From: Candidatus Omnitrophota bacterium
Lineage (GTDB): Bacteria > Omnitrophota > Gorgyraeia > JAGLLT01
DNA length: 64,000 bases
NCBI GenBank assembly: GCA_030632085.1
Contig: DAOVJY010000002.1
Coordinates: forward strand, 141,325-205,324
Direction of reading: 5' to 3'
Shown here: piece after piece, positions 1-9,233 of the stretch
How positions within the stretch are numbered: the first letter of the stretch is position 1
How the letters are laid out: every line of letters begins with the position of its first letter
Position numbers and translations under genes: made by a program
The notes under the pieces: generated by a model
What the model saw: the letters and a program-made list of their open reading frames with translations, nothing else
Databases searched by the model: none
What the model was told of the DNA's origin: nothing

Positions 1-1
1 C

Positions 2-754
2 TTAAAAGTAAAACTGGATTCCGAGGCGAAGAGAGCTATTGTAAAGGCGTCCGATGGCGATGCCAGAAGAGCACTGAATATACTTGAAATAGGCGCGCTG
101 ACAACTCCAGCCGATAAAACAGGCTTGATAAATTTTACTCAGCGGATAGTTGAAGATTGTATAGGGAAAAAGATTATACTTTATGATAAAAAAGGTGATT
201 CTCATTATGATACAATTTCCGCGTTCATTAAGAGTATGCGCGGTTCTGATCCTGATGCGACTGTTTACTGGTTGGCAAAGATGATTTATGCCGGAGAAGA
301 TGTAAGATTTATTGCCCGCAGAATAGTTATTTGCGCCGCTGAAGACGTAGGTAATGCCGATCCGCAAGCTTTAATTTTAGCCCAGGCGGCTATGCAGGCA
401 GCTATGAATATAGGACTTCCGGAGGCGCGGATTATTTTATCGCAAGCAGCTATATATGTGGCTTGCGCGCCAAAGAGCAATGCTAGTTATCTGGCTATAA
501 ATAAGGCCATTGAAGATGTATCTAATAATAAGCTTTTAGAAATACCAAACCACCTAAAAGGGACCGGATATAAAGGAGCTAAAGAGCTAAAAAGAGGAGA
601 AGGTTATGTGTATCCTCATAGCGAGCCTCAAGGGGCGGCGGGGCAGGAGTATCTGCCATGTAAAAATAGATATTATTTTCCCAAAAATGCCGGTTTTGAG
701 AAGAATTTTACAAAAACAGTAGAAGATAAGGAAAACAAGACACAAGACAAATAG
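2..754 (+). CDS. rarA: Replication-associated recombination protein A (RarA/MgsA AAA+ ATPase), C-terminal part. The reading frame is open from the window edge (…DGDARRALNILE…), so the gene is 5'-truncated by the window.
   Basis: Translation in the frame starting at base 2 is continuous from the window edge. The MgsA C-terminal helical domain motifs are present (DGDARRALN, AAEDVGNADPQAL, YVYPHSEP). Confidence 0.8.
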   Translation, partial: LKVKLDSEAKRAIVKASDGDARRALNILEIGALTTPADKTGLINFTQRIVEDCIGKKIILYDKKGDSHYDTISAFIKSMRGSDPDATVYWLAKMIYAGEDVRFIARRIVICAAEDVGNADPQALILAQAAMQAAMNIGLPEARIILSQAAIYVACAPKSNASYLAINKAIEDVSNNKLLEIPNHLKGTGYKGAKELKRGEGYVYPHSEPQGAAGQEYLPCKNRYYFPKNAGFEKNFTKTVEDKENKTQDK

Positions 755-910
755 CGTATAGCACATAGCTTATGGCTAATAGCTAAGAGCTAAGAGCTTT
801 CAGTTATAAAAGCCTATTGCTTAAATATAGATCTTAAGCTATAATTAAATGAGTAAATAATAGATGAAATTACCAGATAAAAGCCGGCAAATGACCGGCG
901 TTTTTGTCAA

Positions 911-1969
911 TTGCGGGATTTTGTAATGAAACTAAAAAAATATCTCTACCAGGTAGTTATAGATAAAAAAAGAGGAAGTATTGCCTTTGTCATTAGGTTA
1001 TTTTTGCTGTTATTATCTTATGTATATTTTATTTTCATTAAAATGCTGGTATTTTTTTATACCGGTGGTTTAATTCCCAGAGTTGCTTTTGATAAGAAGA
1101 TAATCAGCATAGGAAATATTACGGCCGGCGGTACGGGAAAAACGCCTTTTGAGCTGTTTATGGTAAATACTTTTCTCGCGCAAAAGAAAGTCACCATTAT
1201 TTCCCGTGGATATAATGATGATGAACTTGACCTTTTACAATATAATTTACCTCAAGTAAAAATCCTTTCCGGGAAAAATAGAATACAGTTAATAAAAAAG
1301 GCTCAAAATTTCTATAATCCCGACATTATTATTTTAGATGATGGTTTTCAGCAATGGCGTATTAAAAAAGATATCGAAATTGTACTTATAGATTCATCTA
1401 ACCCCTTTTCCAATGGCAGATTGCTGCCGGCCGGACTACTGAGAGAGCCCTTGAGTAGTCTCAAGAGGGCTGATGTTTTTGTTTTAACGAAAGTTGATGA
1501 GTGTCCCGAGAATTTAAGTTCAATTAAGAAAGTTATAAAAAAAATTAATCATAAAGCATTGATGCTTGAATGTTATCATAAGGCTTCCGGCTTATATGAA
1601 CCCATTGCTAAGAAAAATATAAATCTGGAATTACTGCAAAATGAAAAAGTATTTACGTTTTGCGCTATTGGTTCCGCTGAGTCTTTTAAGAGAACACTTA
1701 AAAAGCTAAATGTAAATATAGCGGGTTATATAGATTTCCTTGATCACCATCAATATACAAATAATAATATTAATACTATTGTCAATGCCGCCGCCGCTTC
1801 TGAGGCTAAAATCATAATAACAACGGAAAAAGATTGGATGAGATTGGATACTAATATGATTTATAAACTATCCGGTAAGCATAAGTTTTATTTGCTCAAA
1901 ATTGCTATAGAGCTTATAGATAAAAAAGAAATAATAAATGAAAAATTATCTAAGTTACTTAATTATTAA
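911..1969 (+). CDS. lpxK: Tetraacyldisaccharide 4'-kinase (lipid A biosynthesis)
   Basis: LpxK P-loop GNITAGGTGKTP with an N-terminal membrane helix; ~350 aa. An alternative ATG start lies at 926. Confidence 0.85.
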   Translation: MRDFVMKLKKYLYQVVIDKKRGSIAFVIRLFLLLLSYVYFIFIKMLVFFYTGGLIPRVAFDKKIISIGNITAGGTGKTPFELFMVNTFLAQKKVTIISRGYNDDELDLLQYNLPQVKILSGKNRIQLIKKAQNFYNPDIIILDDGFQQWRIKKDIEIVLIDSSNPFSNGRLLPAGLLREPLSSLKRADVFVLTKVDECPENLSSIKKVIKKINHKALMLECYHKASGLYEPIAKKNINLELLQNEKVFTFCAIGSAESFKRTLKKLNVNIAGYIDFLDHHQYTNNNINTIVNAAAASEAKIIITTEKDWMRLDTNMIYKLSGKHKFYLLKIAIELIDKKEIINEKLSKLLNY

Positions 1970-3881
1970 ATGTTCACTATCAACCTTATGTATTCTTCCT
2001 TTGAAAATATCTTTAGTTTTAGGGAGAGTTTTAGGTTTTTTGGCTTGGTGTTTATCTAATAAACAGAAAAGAATTTCCTATAAGAATCTTAAAAACGCTT
2101 TTTATAATAAAAAAGATATTAAAGAATTAAAAAAGATTATTTGGTCTATGTATCAACATTTAGGCCTATCTTTCGCGGAAATAGCACGTTTTGGGAAATT
2201 AGATAAAGAGTATCTTAATAAATATATGGATATAGAAGGGCTTAGATATGCCAAGCAGGAAAAAGAAAAAAATAAAGGTATAATTTTTCTTACGGCTCAT
2301 TTTGGTAATTGGGAACTTTCTTCTCAGGTGGCCAGCCTCGCGGGATACCGCACTAAAGTTCTCGCCCGCCAACAAAAAACAACACTAATAGATAAGATAT
2401 TAAATAAGTACAGAAGTTTTCATGGCTGTGTGGTTGTAACCAAAGGCGCTAATTTAAAAGTTGCTTTAAGATCGCTGCGCAATAAAGAAAATTTGGGTAT
2501 GCTGGCGGATGAAGATGTAAAAAAAGGCGGCCTGGCGGTTAATTTTTTCGGCAGGACGGTTTTGGCTCCTTCGGGGCCTACGTCGATAGCTTATAGAACA
2601 AAGTGCCCTATTATTTTTAGCTTTTTAGGGCGCGTGAGAGGCCCATATCATAAGTTTACCATGCAACAGCCGCTTTACATTAAAACTGAAGATGATATAC
2701 AAAAAGGCCTTCAGTGCTACTGTGATAAGCTTAGTGATTTAATTAAAGACTATCCCGAGCAATGGCTTTGGCTTAAAAAGCGGTGGGGCTCAAGCGAAGA
2801 ACGCAATATTGTTATTCTTAGTGATAATAAAGCCGGTCATTTAAATCAGAGTATGGCCGTTGCTTCCTGGTTAAAGGAAGAACTTAATAAAAGAGGATTA
2901 AGGAGTTCCTTGCCGTATCAGCAAAAAGAAGAAATTAAAATATTAAAACCGAGTTATCGCCATAAATGCTGCCCGGTTTTTTTAAATATCGCTTTACGGA
3001 TCGGGCTTTACAGGTTATTTCCCGAGAAACTACTTGGTTGTTGTCTTACTAGAGAGAGTTTTTGTGAAATTAGCGCATTACCCGTTGATTATTTAATTTC
3101 TTGCGGTAACAGCCTTAGCGCGCTTAATGTAATTATAAAGTATATAAATTTATCTAAGAATATTATCATTATGAAACCGGCATTACCTATCAGTAATTTT
3201 GATTTAGCTGTAATTCCGGCTCATGATGGAACTAAAAGCGCGGATAATGTGGTTATTACACAAGCGGCACCAAATATTATAAACCGCAAACTTAAAGTAA
3301 AAGATAAAGGCGGGATAAGCAATAAACTTGATGAGAATAAAAAAACATTGTCTTTGTTCTTTGGTGGTGATACCCGGTTTTTTAAATATCAGGATTCTTT
3401 TTTGGAACGCCTCATTTCGACACTGAAGAAAATCTGCGATGCCGGCGGCCTTAATTTTTTAATTACTACTTCACGCAGAACTTCAAAGTCTAATGAGCTT
3501 TTTTTAAAGAAGGAGCTGGGTAGTTATAGTAAGTGTAAATGTTTAATTGCAGCAAGCGAAGAAAATCCGCCGGGCTCGGTAGTTTCTATGTTGGCTGCCA
3601 GTAACCTTGTTTTGGTAACCTTTGACAGCGTTTCTATGATAAGTGAGGCCGCAAGTTCAGATAGTCATGTAGTTGTAATTTTACCTGATACTTTAAATAA
3701 TCTTAAGGGTTTCACTAAGCATAAGAAGTTAATTAAAAACTTTGTAAATAAGGGATTTGTGAGTACGGCTACGGTAGATCAACTAAAAAGTGTTATACAA
3801 AGCAAATTTCAGCAAAAAGAAAAAATAAAAGTTTTAAACGAGGAGTTTCAGGTTAAAGAAGCTTTATCAAAAATCTTATGA
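1938..3881 (+). CDS. Fusion protein. The N-terminal ~290 aa is a lipid A biosynthesis lauroyl/myristoyl acyltransferase (LpxL/HtrB family). The C-terminal ~350 aa resembles an ELM1/DUF1022-like (GT-B-like) domain.
   Basis: N-terminal membrane anchor plus the LTAHFGNWEL motif (HX4D-type acyltransferase motif, Lip_A_acyltrans). The C-terminal half (NIVILSDNKAGHLNQSMAVASWL…) is recalled from memory as ELM1/DUF1022-like. The start overlaps the lpxK end by 32 nt. Confidence 0.65.
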   Translation: MKNYLSYLIIKCSLSTLCILPLKISLVLGRVLGFLAWCLSNKQKRISYKNLKNAFYNKKDIKELKKIIWSMYQHLGLSFAEIARFGKLDKEYLNKYMDIEGLRYAKQEKEKNKGIIFLTAHFGNWELSSQVASLAGYRTKVLARQQKTTLIDKILNKYRSFHGCVVVTKGANLKVALRSLRNKENLGMLADEDVKKGGLAVNFFGRTVLAPSGPTSIAYRTKCPIIFSFLGRVRGPYHKFTMQQPLYIKTEDDIQKGLQCYCDKLSDLIKDYPEQWLWLKKRWGSSEERNIVILSDNKAGHLNQSMAVASWLKEELNKRGLRSSLPYQQKEEIKILKPSYRHKCCPVFLNIALRIGLYRLFPEKLLGCCLTRESFCEISALPVDYLISCGNSLSALNVIIKYINLSKNIIIMKPALPISNFDLAVIPAHDGTKSADNVVITQAAPNIINRKLKVKDKGGISNKLDENKKTLSLFFGGDTRFFKYQDSFLERLISTLKKICDAGGLNFLITTSRRTSKSNELFLKKELGSYSKCKCLIAASEENPPGSVVSMLAASNLVLVTFDSVSMISEAASSDSHVVVILPDTLNNLKGFTKHKKLIKNFVNKGFVSTATVDQLKSVIQSKFQQKEKIKVLNEEFQVKEALSKIL

Positions 3882-5971
3882 ACATACTGCAAATAGTACC
3901 TAATTTAAATACCGGCGGGGTTGAAACGGGAACAGTCGATTTAGCAAAAAAACTAATTTTAGCTAAACATAAAGCGGTAGTTGTTTCAGCCGGCGGTAAA
4001 TTAGTTGATGAGCTAATCTCTTCAGGTGTTAGGCACTATACTCTGGCGGTAGATAGAAAATCCCCAATCAATATTATCAAAATGTCCAAGCGCCTGGCAG
4101 AGATAATAAAGTTGGAAAAAATTGATATAGTTCACGCTAGAAGCCGGGTGCCGGCCTGGATCGCGTACATTGCCTGTTATAAAACAAGATGCAAATTTGT
4201 AACTACTTGCCATGGATATTACAGCAATCATTTTTTCAGCCGGGTGATGGGTTGGGGCAGAAAAGTGATTGTTGTGAGTCACGTAATCGGTAGGCATATG
4301 ATAGACGGTTTCAACGTGCCCGATGAAAAAATCAAGTACATACCTAGAGGTGTTGATTTAGATATTTTTCGTTTTAATCCCAGCTATTTAAAGGCGCGGA
4401 GTCATTTTACTATCGCGCTTATTGGCCGCCTGACACCTATTAAGGGCCATATTTATTTTTTAAAGGCGGTTTCCAGAATAATTAGATCAATTCCCAAGGT
4501 TAAAGTTTTTATTGTTGGCGACCCTTCTCCCGGAAAACAGGGCTATAAATCGGAATTACAACTTTTAATAAGGCAATTGGGCATTGCTGATTATGTTGAA
4601 TTTTTGGGCCGGCGGGATGATATTCCGGATTTGCTGGCTAATATAGACGTTGTAGTTTTACCCAGTATAGTTCCGGAAGCTTTTGGCAGGGTGATCATTG
4701 AAGCTCAGGCAGTCGGCGTGCCGGTTATCGCTTCAAATATTGGTGGAATTTCAGAGGTTATAGATGATAGAGAGACCGGGTTTTTGGTTCCAGCCAAGGA
4801 TGTTGAAGCGCTTTCTAAGGCAATGCTTGAATTAAATCAGAACAAGCAGTTGGCTATTGATATAGTTCGAAAGGCGCGGCAAAAAATCGAAAAGGTTTAC
4901 AGCTTAGAACAAATGACCGGAAAAACCATTGAAGTTTATGAACAGATCTTAAAGTCAATCAGAATTCTAGTTGTAAAGTACAGCTCTCTGGGAGATATAA
5001 TTCTGGCAGTACCTTCCTTGAGGAGTTTAAAAAATAAGTATCCTAATTCAAAAATATCGTTGTTAGTTGATTCCCAGTTTCAAGATATTTTAAAAAACTC
5101 TCCTTATATAGATAATATATTAGCCTATAACATTAAAGGGACGCCCATTTTTTCCAAAGGATTTTGGCGTATAGCATCTCACTTGCGAGATGAGTCGTTT
5201 GATATTGTTGTGGATTTACAAAATAACGCGAAAAGCCATCTTTTAGGTTTTTTGAGTTTAACCCCCGGAAGGTATGGATACAAAAATAAAAAACTGGGAT
5301 TTCTTTTAAGTGATGGGATAAATGACAATAAGGATAAAGTGGATCCGGTAAGCCACCAAGCAAAGGTGCTTCATCTTCTGGGAGTGGATATTTTAGATAA
5401 AACACTTGAACTTTCACCCGGTAGGCAAGAGGAAGAATATGTGAATGTTTTTTTAAATAAAGAATGGGTTGCCGGTAAACAGTTGCTCGTCGGATTTAAT
5501 ATAAGTGCTAGTAATAGATGGCAGACAAAAAAATGGCCTTTAGATAAATTTGCTAAATTAGGTGATATAATATGTAAGAGATATAATGCCAGGATTTTAC
5601 TTACCGGTACTGAAGATGACCTGGAATCGGCTAATAAGTTTAAAAAGTTTTCAAAAATAAAGCCAATTGTTGCTTGTGGAAAAACCGGCCTTTTGGAATT
5701 AGCCGCTTTAATCGGCCGCTGCAAGGTGTTTGTGACATCCGATTCGGCTCCTATGCATATAGCGGCGGCGATGCATGTTCCTTTTGTCGCGATTTTCGGG
5801 CCGACGGACCCTAAGAGACATATGCCAATTGCTGATAATTGCGTTGTTGTGTTTAAAAAAGTATCTTGCAGCCCGTGTTATAAGCCGACATGTAGTTCTA
5901 ATAAATGTCTCAAGGCTATTACTGTTGAAGAGGTAGCTAAAGCCGTAGAGGAATTAATAAAGAAAAAATGA
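3878..5971 (+). CDS. Two-domain glycosyltransferase: N-terminal GT4 (group 1) domain fused to a C-terminal GT9 (ADP-heptose:LPS heptosyltransferase-like) domain
   Basis: GT4 EX7E region EAFGRVIIEAQAVGVPVIASNIGGISEVI. From ~aa 350 the GT9 N-terminus ILVVKYSSLGDIILAVPSL begins, and the GT9 C-terminus DSAPMHIAAAMHVPFVAIFGPTDP follows. 4-nt overlap with the upstream gene. Confidence 0.7.
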   Translation: MNILQIVPNLNTGGVETGTVDLAKKLILAKHKAVVVSAGGKLVDELISSGVRHYTLAVDRKSPINIIKMSKRLAEIIKLEKIDIVHARSRVPAWIAYIACYKTRCKFVTTCHGYYSNHFFSRVMGWGRKVIVVSHVIGRHMIDGFNVPDEKIKYIPRGVDLDIFRFNPSYLKARSHFTIALIGRLTPIKGHIYFLKAVSRIIRSIPKVKVFIVGDPSPGKQGYKSELQLLIRQLGIADYVEFLGRRDDIPDLLANIDVVVLPSIVPEAFGRVIIEAQAVGVPVIASNIGGISEVIDDRETGFLVPAKDVEALSKAMLELNQNKQLAIDIVRKARQKIEKVYSLEQMTGKTIEVYEQILKSIRILVVKYSSLGDIILAVPSLRSLKNKYPNSKISLLVDSQFQDILKNSPYIDNILAYNIKGTPIFSKGFWRIASHLRDESFDIVVDLQNNAKSHLLGFLSLTPGRYGYKNKKLGFLLSDGINDNKDKVDPVSHQAKVLHLLGVDILDKTLELSPGRQEEEYVNVFLNKEWVAGKQLLVGFNISASNRWQTKKWPLDKFAKLGDIICKRYNARILLTGTEDDLESANKFKKFSKIKPIVACGKTGLLELAALIGRCKVFVTSDSAPMHIAAAMHVPFVAIFGPTDPKRHMPIADNCVVVFKKVSCSPCYKPTCSSNKCLKAITVEEVAKAVEELIKKK

Positions 5972-7077
5972 AAGTATTAATTGTTACCAGCCATCTTAAT
6001 TTTGGGGGAATAAGCTCTTATAGTGTTTTTTTGGCTAGAAAGCTTAAAGAAAAGGGCCATACGGTTTTTATTGCTTCTTCGGGAGGCGATATGGTTAAAG
6101 AGCTCGAGAGTGAAAAAATAGGCCATTTAAAAGTAGCTCTAAATACAAAGTCAGAACTCAATCCCAAGGTTATTTTAAGCGGTATTAAAATTGCTCTATT
6201 TATAAAGTCAAAAAAGATTGATATAATGCATGCTCAAACCAGGGTAGCACAAGTAAGTTGTTGTTTAGCGTCGTTACTTATGAGGATTCCGTATATAAGT
6301 ACATGCCACGGTTTTTTCAAGCCTAAATTCACAAGGAAACTCTTTAAATTTTGGGGAATTAAGGTAATTGCTATTAGCGAAGCTGTTAGAGCTCATTTAG
6401 TTAATGATTTAAAGGTCTCCAGAGATAAGATAGTCTTGATTCATAATGGAGTTGATTTAGCTAATTTTAATAGAAATTACACTGATAAAGAAAAAGAAGA
6501 TATTAGAAAAGAGTTTAAGCTTTCAGGCGGCCCGGTAGTGGGTATCATAGCTCGCTTATCTTCCGTTAAAGGGCATGAATATTTGATAAAGTCAGCTAAA
6601 TTAATACTTGCTAAAAGGCAAGACATACAATTTTTAATTATTGGAGATGGCCCGGAAGAAAAGAGATTAAAAAAACTTATTACAACGCTGGAAATAAACA
6701 GAAATGTTATTTTTCACGAATCGGTGCTGGATACTGCCCGGCCTCTGGCGATTATGGACGTTTTTGTAATGCCCTCAATTTCAGAGGGCTTAGGTTTAGC
6801 TATATTAGAAGCCATGGCTAGCGGGCTTCCTATCGTGGCCAGCAATGTCGGAGGTATATATAGCTTGGTCTCAGAGGGTGAAAATGGCATATTAGTTTCT
6901 CCGAGAAGCCCGGAGGATTTGAAAGAAGGCATCTTAAAAATAATTGATAATGACAAATTAGCTAAAGATATGGGCGCTCTGAGCAGGAATATTTGCGAGA
7001 ATGACTTTTCGCTCAGTTTTTTCGCGGACAGGGTTGAATATGTATATACTCAGGTGCTTGAATATCCAGGTAAATAG
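5968..7077 (+). CDS. Glycosyltransferase family 4 (LPS core glycosyltransferase-like)
   Basis: GT4 motifs: SEGLGLAILEAMASGLPIVASNVGG. ATGA overlap with the upstream gene. Confidence 0.8.
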   Translation: MKVLIVTSHLNFGGISSYSVFLARKLKEKGHTVFIASSGGDMVKELESEKIGHLKVALNTKSELNPKVILSGIKIALFIKSKKIDIMHAQTRVAQVSCCLASLLMRIPYISTCHGFFKPKFTRKLFKFWGIKVIAISEAVRAHLVNDLKVSRDKIVLIHNGVDLANFNRNYTDKEKEDIRKEFKLSGGPVVGIIARLSSVKGHEYLIKSAKLILAKRQDIQFLIIGDGPEEKRLKKLITTLEINRNVIFHESVLDTARPLAIMDVFVMPSISEGLGLAILEAMASGLPIVASNVGGIYSLVSEGENGILVSPRSPEDLKEGILKIIDNDKLAKDMGALSRNICENDFSLSFFADRVEYVYTQVLEYPGK

Positions 7078-7111
7078 AATATCAGGAAGCAGTCAAAATA
7101 TTTTTTAATAA

Positions 7112-8158
7112 ATGACAAAAAAAATAAATAATTTTAAAAGGATTTTGATAGTTGAGGTTAATTGGCTGGGGGATGTTTTGTTTTCAACGGCGGCTATTAA
7201 AGCCATTAAAGATAAATATCCGGAAAGCTTTTTAGCTTGTATGGTTGTTGGACGATGCTCTCAAATATTAGAAGATAATCCATCTGTAGATGAAGTTATA
7301 GTTTTCGATGAAAAAAGCTCTCATAAATCTCTTTTTTCTAAAGTAAAATTTATAGTTTCCTTGAAAAAAGAAAACTTTGATACGGTTTTCTTATTTCATA
7401 GGTCGTTTACCAGAGTTGCCGTTTGTTATTTGGCCGGTATAAAAAGGCGCATTGGTTATTATAGAAAGAAAACAGGATTTTTACTAACCGACAAATTTGA
7501 GATACCTGATAATAGCCTCCATCGAGCTGAATATTTTATCAATTTAATAAATAAGACAGGTATAGAGAGTAAAGACAAAAGATATGAATTTTTTATTAAT
7601 TCCAAAGCTGTTGATAGAGTTGTCGATTTATTGGCTAAGTTCGGGATAACTCGAGAAGATAATTATATCGTGATAAATCCGGGAGGAAATTGGAATCCTA
7701 AAAGGTGGCCGGCTGAATATTATGCCCAATTAGCTGATAGGATAAGTCAAAGCCCGGGGATGAAGATAGTTGTTTCAGGAGCAAAAAAAGATATCAGTTT
7801 GTCTCAAAGAATTAATTCAAAAATGAAAAATGAGGCAATAATTTTAGCCGGTGAAACAAATTTAAAAGAATTAGGCGCTCTTTTAAAAGGAGCGAGAGTT
7901 GTTATTTCGGCAGACTCAGGCCCAATGCATTTGGCGGCCGCGTTGGGAGTACCGGTTGTAGCTATTTTTGGGCCCACCAGTCCTCAGATTACCGGCCCTT
8001 ATAATCCCCAAGCTGAACACATTATTCTCCAAAAGGATGTAGGCTGCCCGGTGCCTTGTTATGAAGTGAGCTGCGCGGATAATAAATGTATGAAGGCTGT
8101 AACTGTAGATGAAGTTTTCAAAGCGGTTAAGAAAATATTAAACAGCGATGCTAAATAA
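7112..8158 (+). CDS. GT9 ADP-heptose:LPS heptosyltransferase paralog
   Basis: ILIVEVNWLGDVLFSTAA…DSGPMHLAAALGVPVVAIFGPTSP; GT9 fold. Confidence 0.8.
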   Translation: MTKKINNFKRILIVEVNWLGDVLFSTAAIKAIKDKYPESFLACMVVGRCSQILEDNPSVDEVIVFDEKSSHKSLFSKVKFIVSLKKENFDTVFLFHRSFTRVAVCYLAGIKRRIGYYRKKTGFLLTDKFEIPDNSLHRAEYFINLINKTGIESKDKRYEFFINSKAVDRVVDLLAKFGITREDNYIVINPGGNWNPKRWPAEYYAQLADRISQSPGMKIVVSGAKKDISLSQRINSKMKNEAIILAGETNLKELGALLKGARVVISADSGPMHLAAALGVPVVAIFGPTSPQITGPYNPQAEHIILQKDVGCPVPCYEVSCADNKCMKAVTVDEVFKAVKKILNSDAK

Positions 8159-9164
8159 AGATAAAATTCATTCAGCGCTATTAATTTCCTTAAGTAATAT
8201 TGGAGACGCCATTCTGACGACCCCGGTTTTAGGGGTTATGCTTCAACAGCTGCCCATGGCGGAAGTTGATGTTTTAGCGGCACCCAGGACGGTTGAGCTG
8301 TTTGGTAATAACAGTGATTTAAGAGAAGTTATTCTTTACGATAAGCATGCTCCGATAAGGCAGAAGATATCATTTATTAAGAAATTACGCCTAAAACACT
8401 ATGATTTAATTATTGATTTAAAAAATAGCGCTTTTCCATTTTTAATTGGCGCCTCGCGCAGAACATCTCTTTTCTTCAAAAATAAAAAAAATATTTCCAT
8501 GAAAGAAAAACATCTTCAAAGGATTAAAGCTCTAGGTTTTGAAATCAAAGGAGCTGATTTTTTAATTAAAATAGATAAAGAAAGTGAAGCTTTCGCGAAA
8601 ACAATATTATCAGAGGTAAAAGATCGAAGTAGGATAATTGCTATCTCGGTTGGTGCTCGCAGCGATATAAAAAAATGGCCCTATAGTAGTTTTATTAAGG
8701 TTTGTGGGGAGTTACAGAATAAACATAAAGCTTTCTTAGTTTTTTTAGGGGATAAGGGTGATATAAAGCTCACAAAAAAAGTAACCGCGGAAATAGGCGG
8801 TGATTATCTTGACCTGAGCGGCAAAACTAATCTTATTCAATTGGCTGCCATTTTAAAACGGTGTAATTTTTTGCTTTGCAATGATAGCGCCATAATGCAC
8901 ATGGCTAGCGCGGTAAAAAAACCGGTGATAGCTCTTTTTGGCCCTACGGATCATAAAAAATATGGCCCTGAAGGTGAGAATAGTGTAATAATTTACAAAA
9001 GGATTAAATGCGCGCCATGCCAAAAGGCTCAGTGCGTTTTTAATCATGAGTGTTTAAATCTAATAACGCCTCAAGATGTTTTAAGTGAAATAGAAATATT
9101 ATTTAAAAAATTAAAAGCGAAGAGCCAAGAGCTTAGGGCTAAGAGCAAAAAAAATTATCTATGA
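8148..9164 (+). CDS. GT9 heptosyltransferase paralog. Its C-terminal tail (…LKAKSQELRAKSKKNYL) is encoded by a CTAAGAGC-type repeat.
   Basis: LLISLSNIGDAILTTPV…NDSAIMHMASAVKKPVIALFGPTD. Overlaps the upstream gene by 11 nt. Confidence 0.75.
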   Translation: MLNKDKIHSALLISLSNIGDAILTTPVLGVMLQQLPMAEVDVLAAPRTVELFGNNSDLREVILYDKHAPIRQKISFIKKLRLKHYDLIIDLKNSAFPFLIGASRRTSLFFKNKKNISMKEKHLQRIKALGFEIKGADFLIKIDKESEAFAKTILSEVKDRSRIIAISVGARSDIKKWPYSSFIKVCGELQNKHKAFLVFLGDKGDIKLTKKVTAEIGGDYLDLSGKTNLIQLAAILKRCNFLLCNDSAIMHMASAVKKPVIALFGPTDHKKYGPEGENSVIIYKRIKCAPCQKAQCVFNHECLNLITPQDVLSEIEILFKKLKAKSQELRAKSKKNYL

Positions 9165-9233
9165 ATTTACTATACGCTATGCGCTAACCGCTAAATAATA
9201 GTGGATAGGAAAAACAAGAACGAACCTAAATAT

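Noticed and set aside
286-480. Numerous 60-180 aa minus-strand ORFs from the six-frame track (e.g. 286-480, 4022-4297, 5133-5724, 9566-10000, 17106-17444, 38183-38920, 42312-42818, 45118-45483, 55808-56233)
   Set aside because: Each lies entirely inside a well-supported + strand gene with clear family motifs. They have no RBS and low-complexity composition, and are antisense artefacts.
3878-5971. The first domain of the GT4-GT9 fusion as the missing Kdo transferase WaaA (GT30)
   Set aside because: The domain has the GT4 EX7E signature and an N-terminal G-rich nucleotide-sugar loop typical of GT4. It does not have the GT30 architecture. waaA is presumably elsewhere in the genome.
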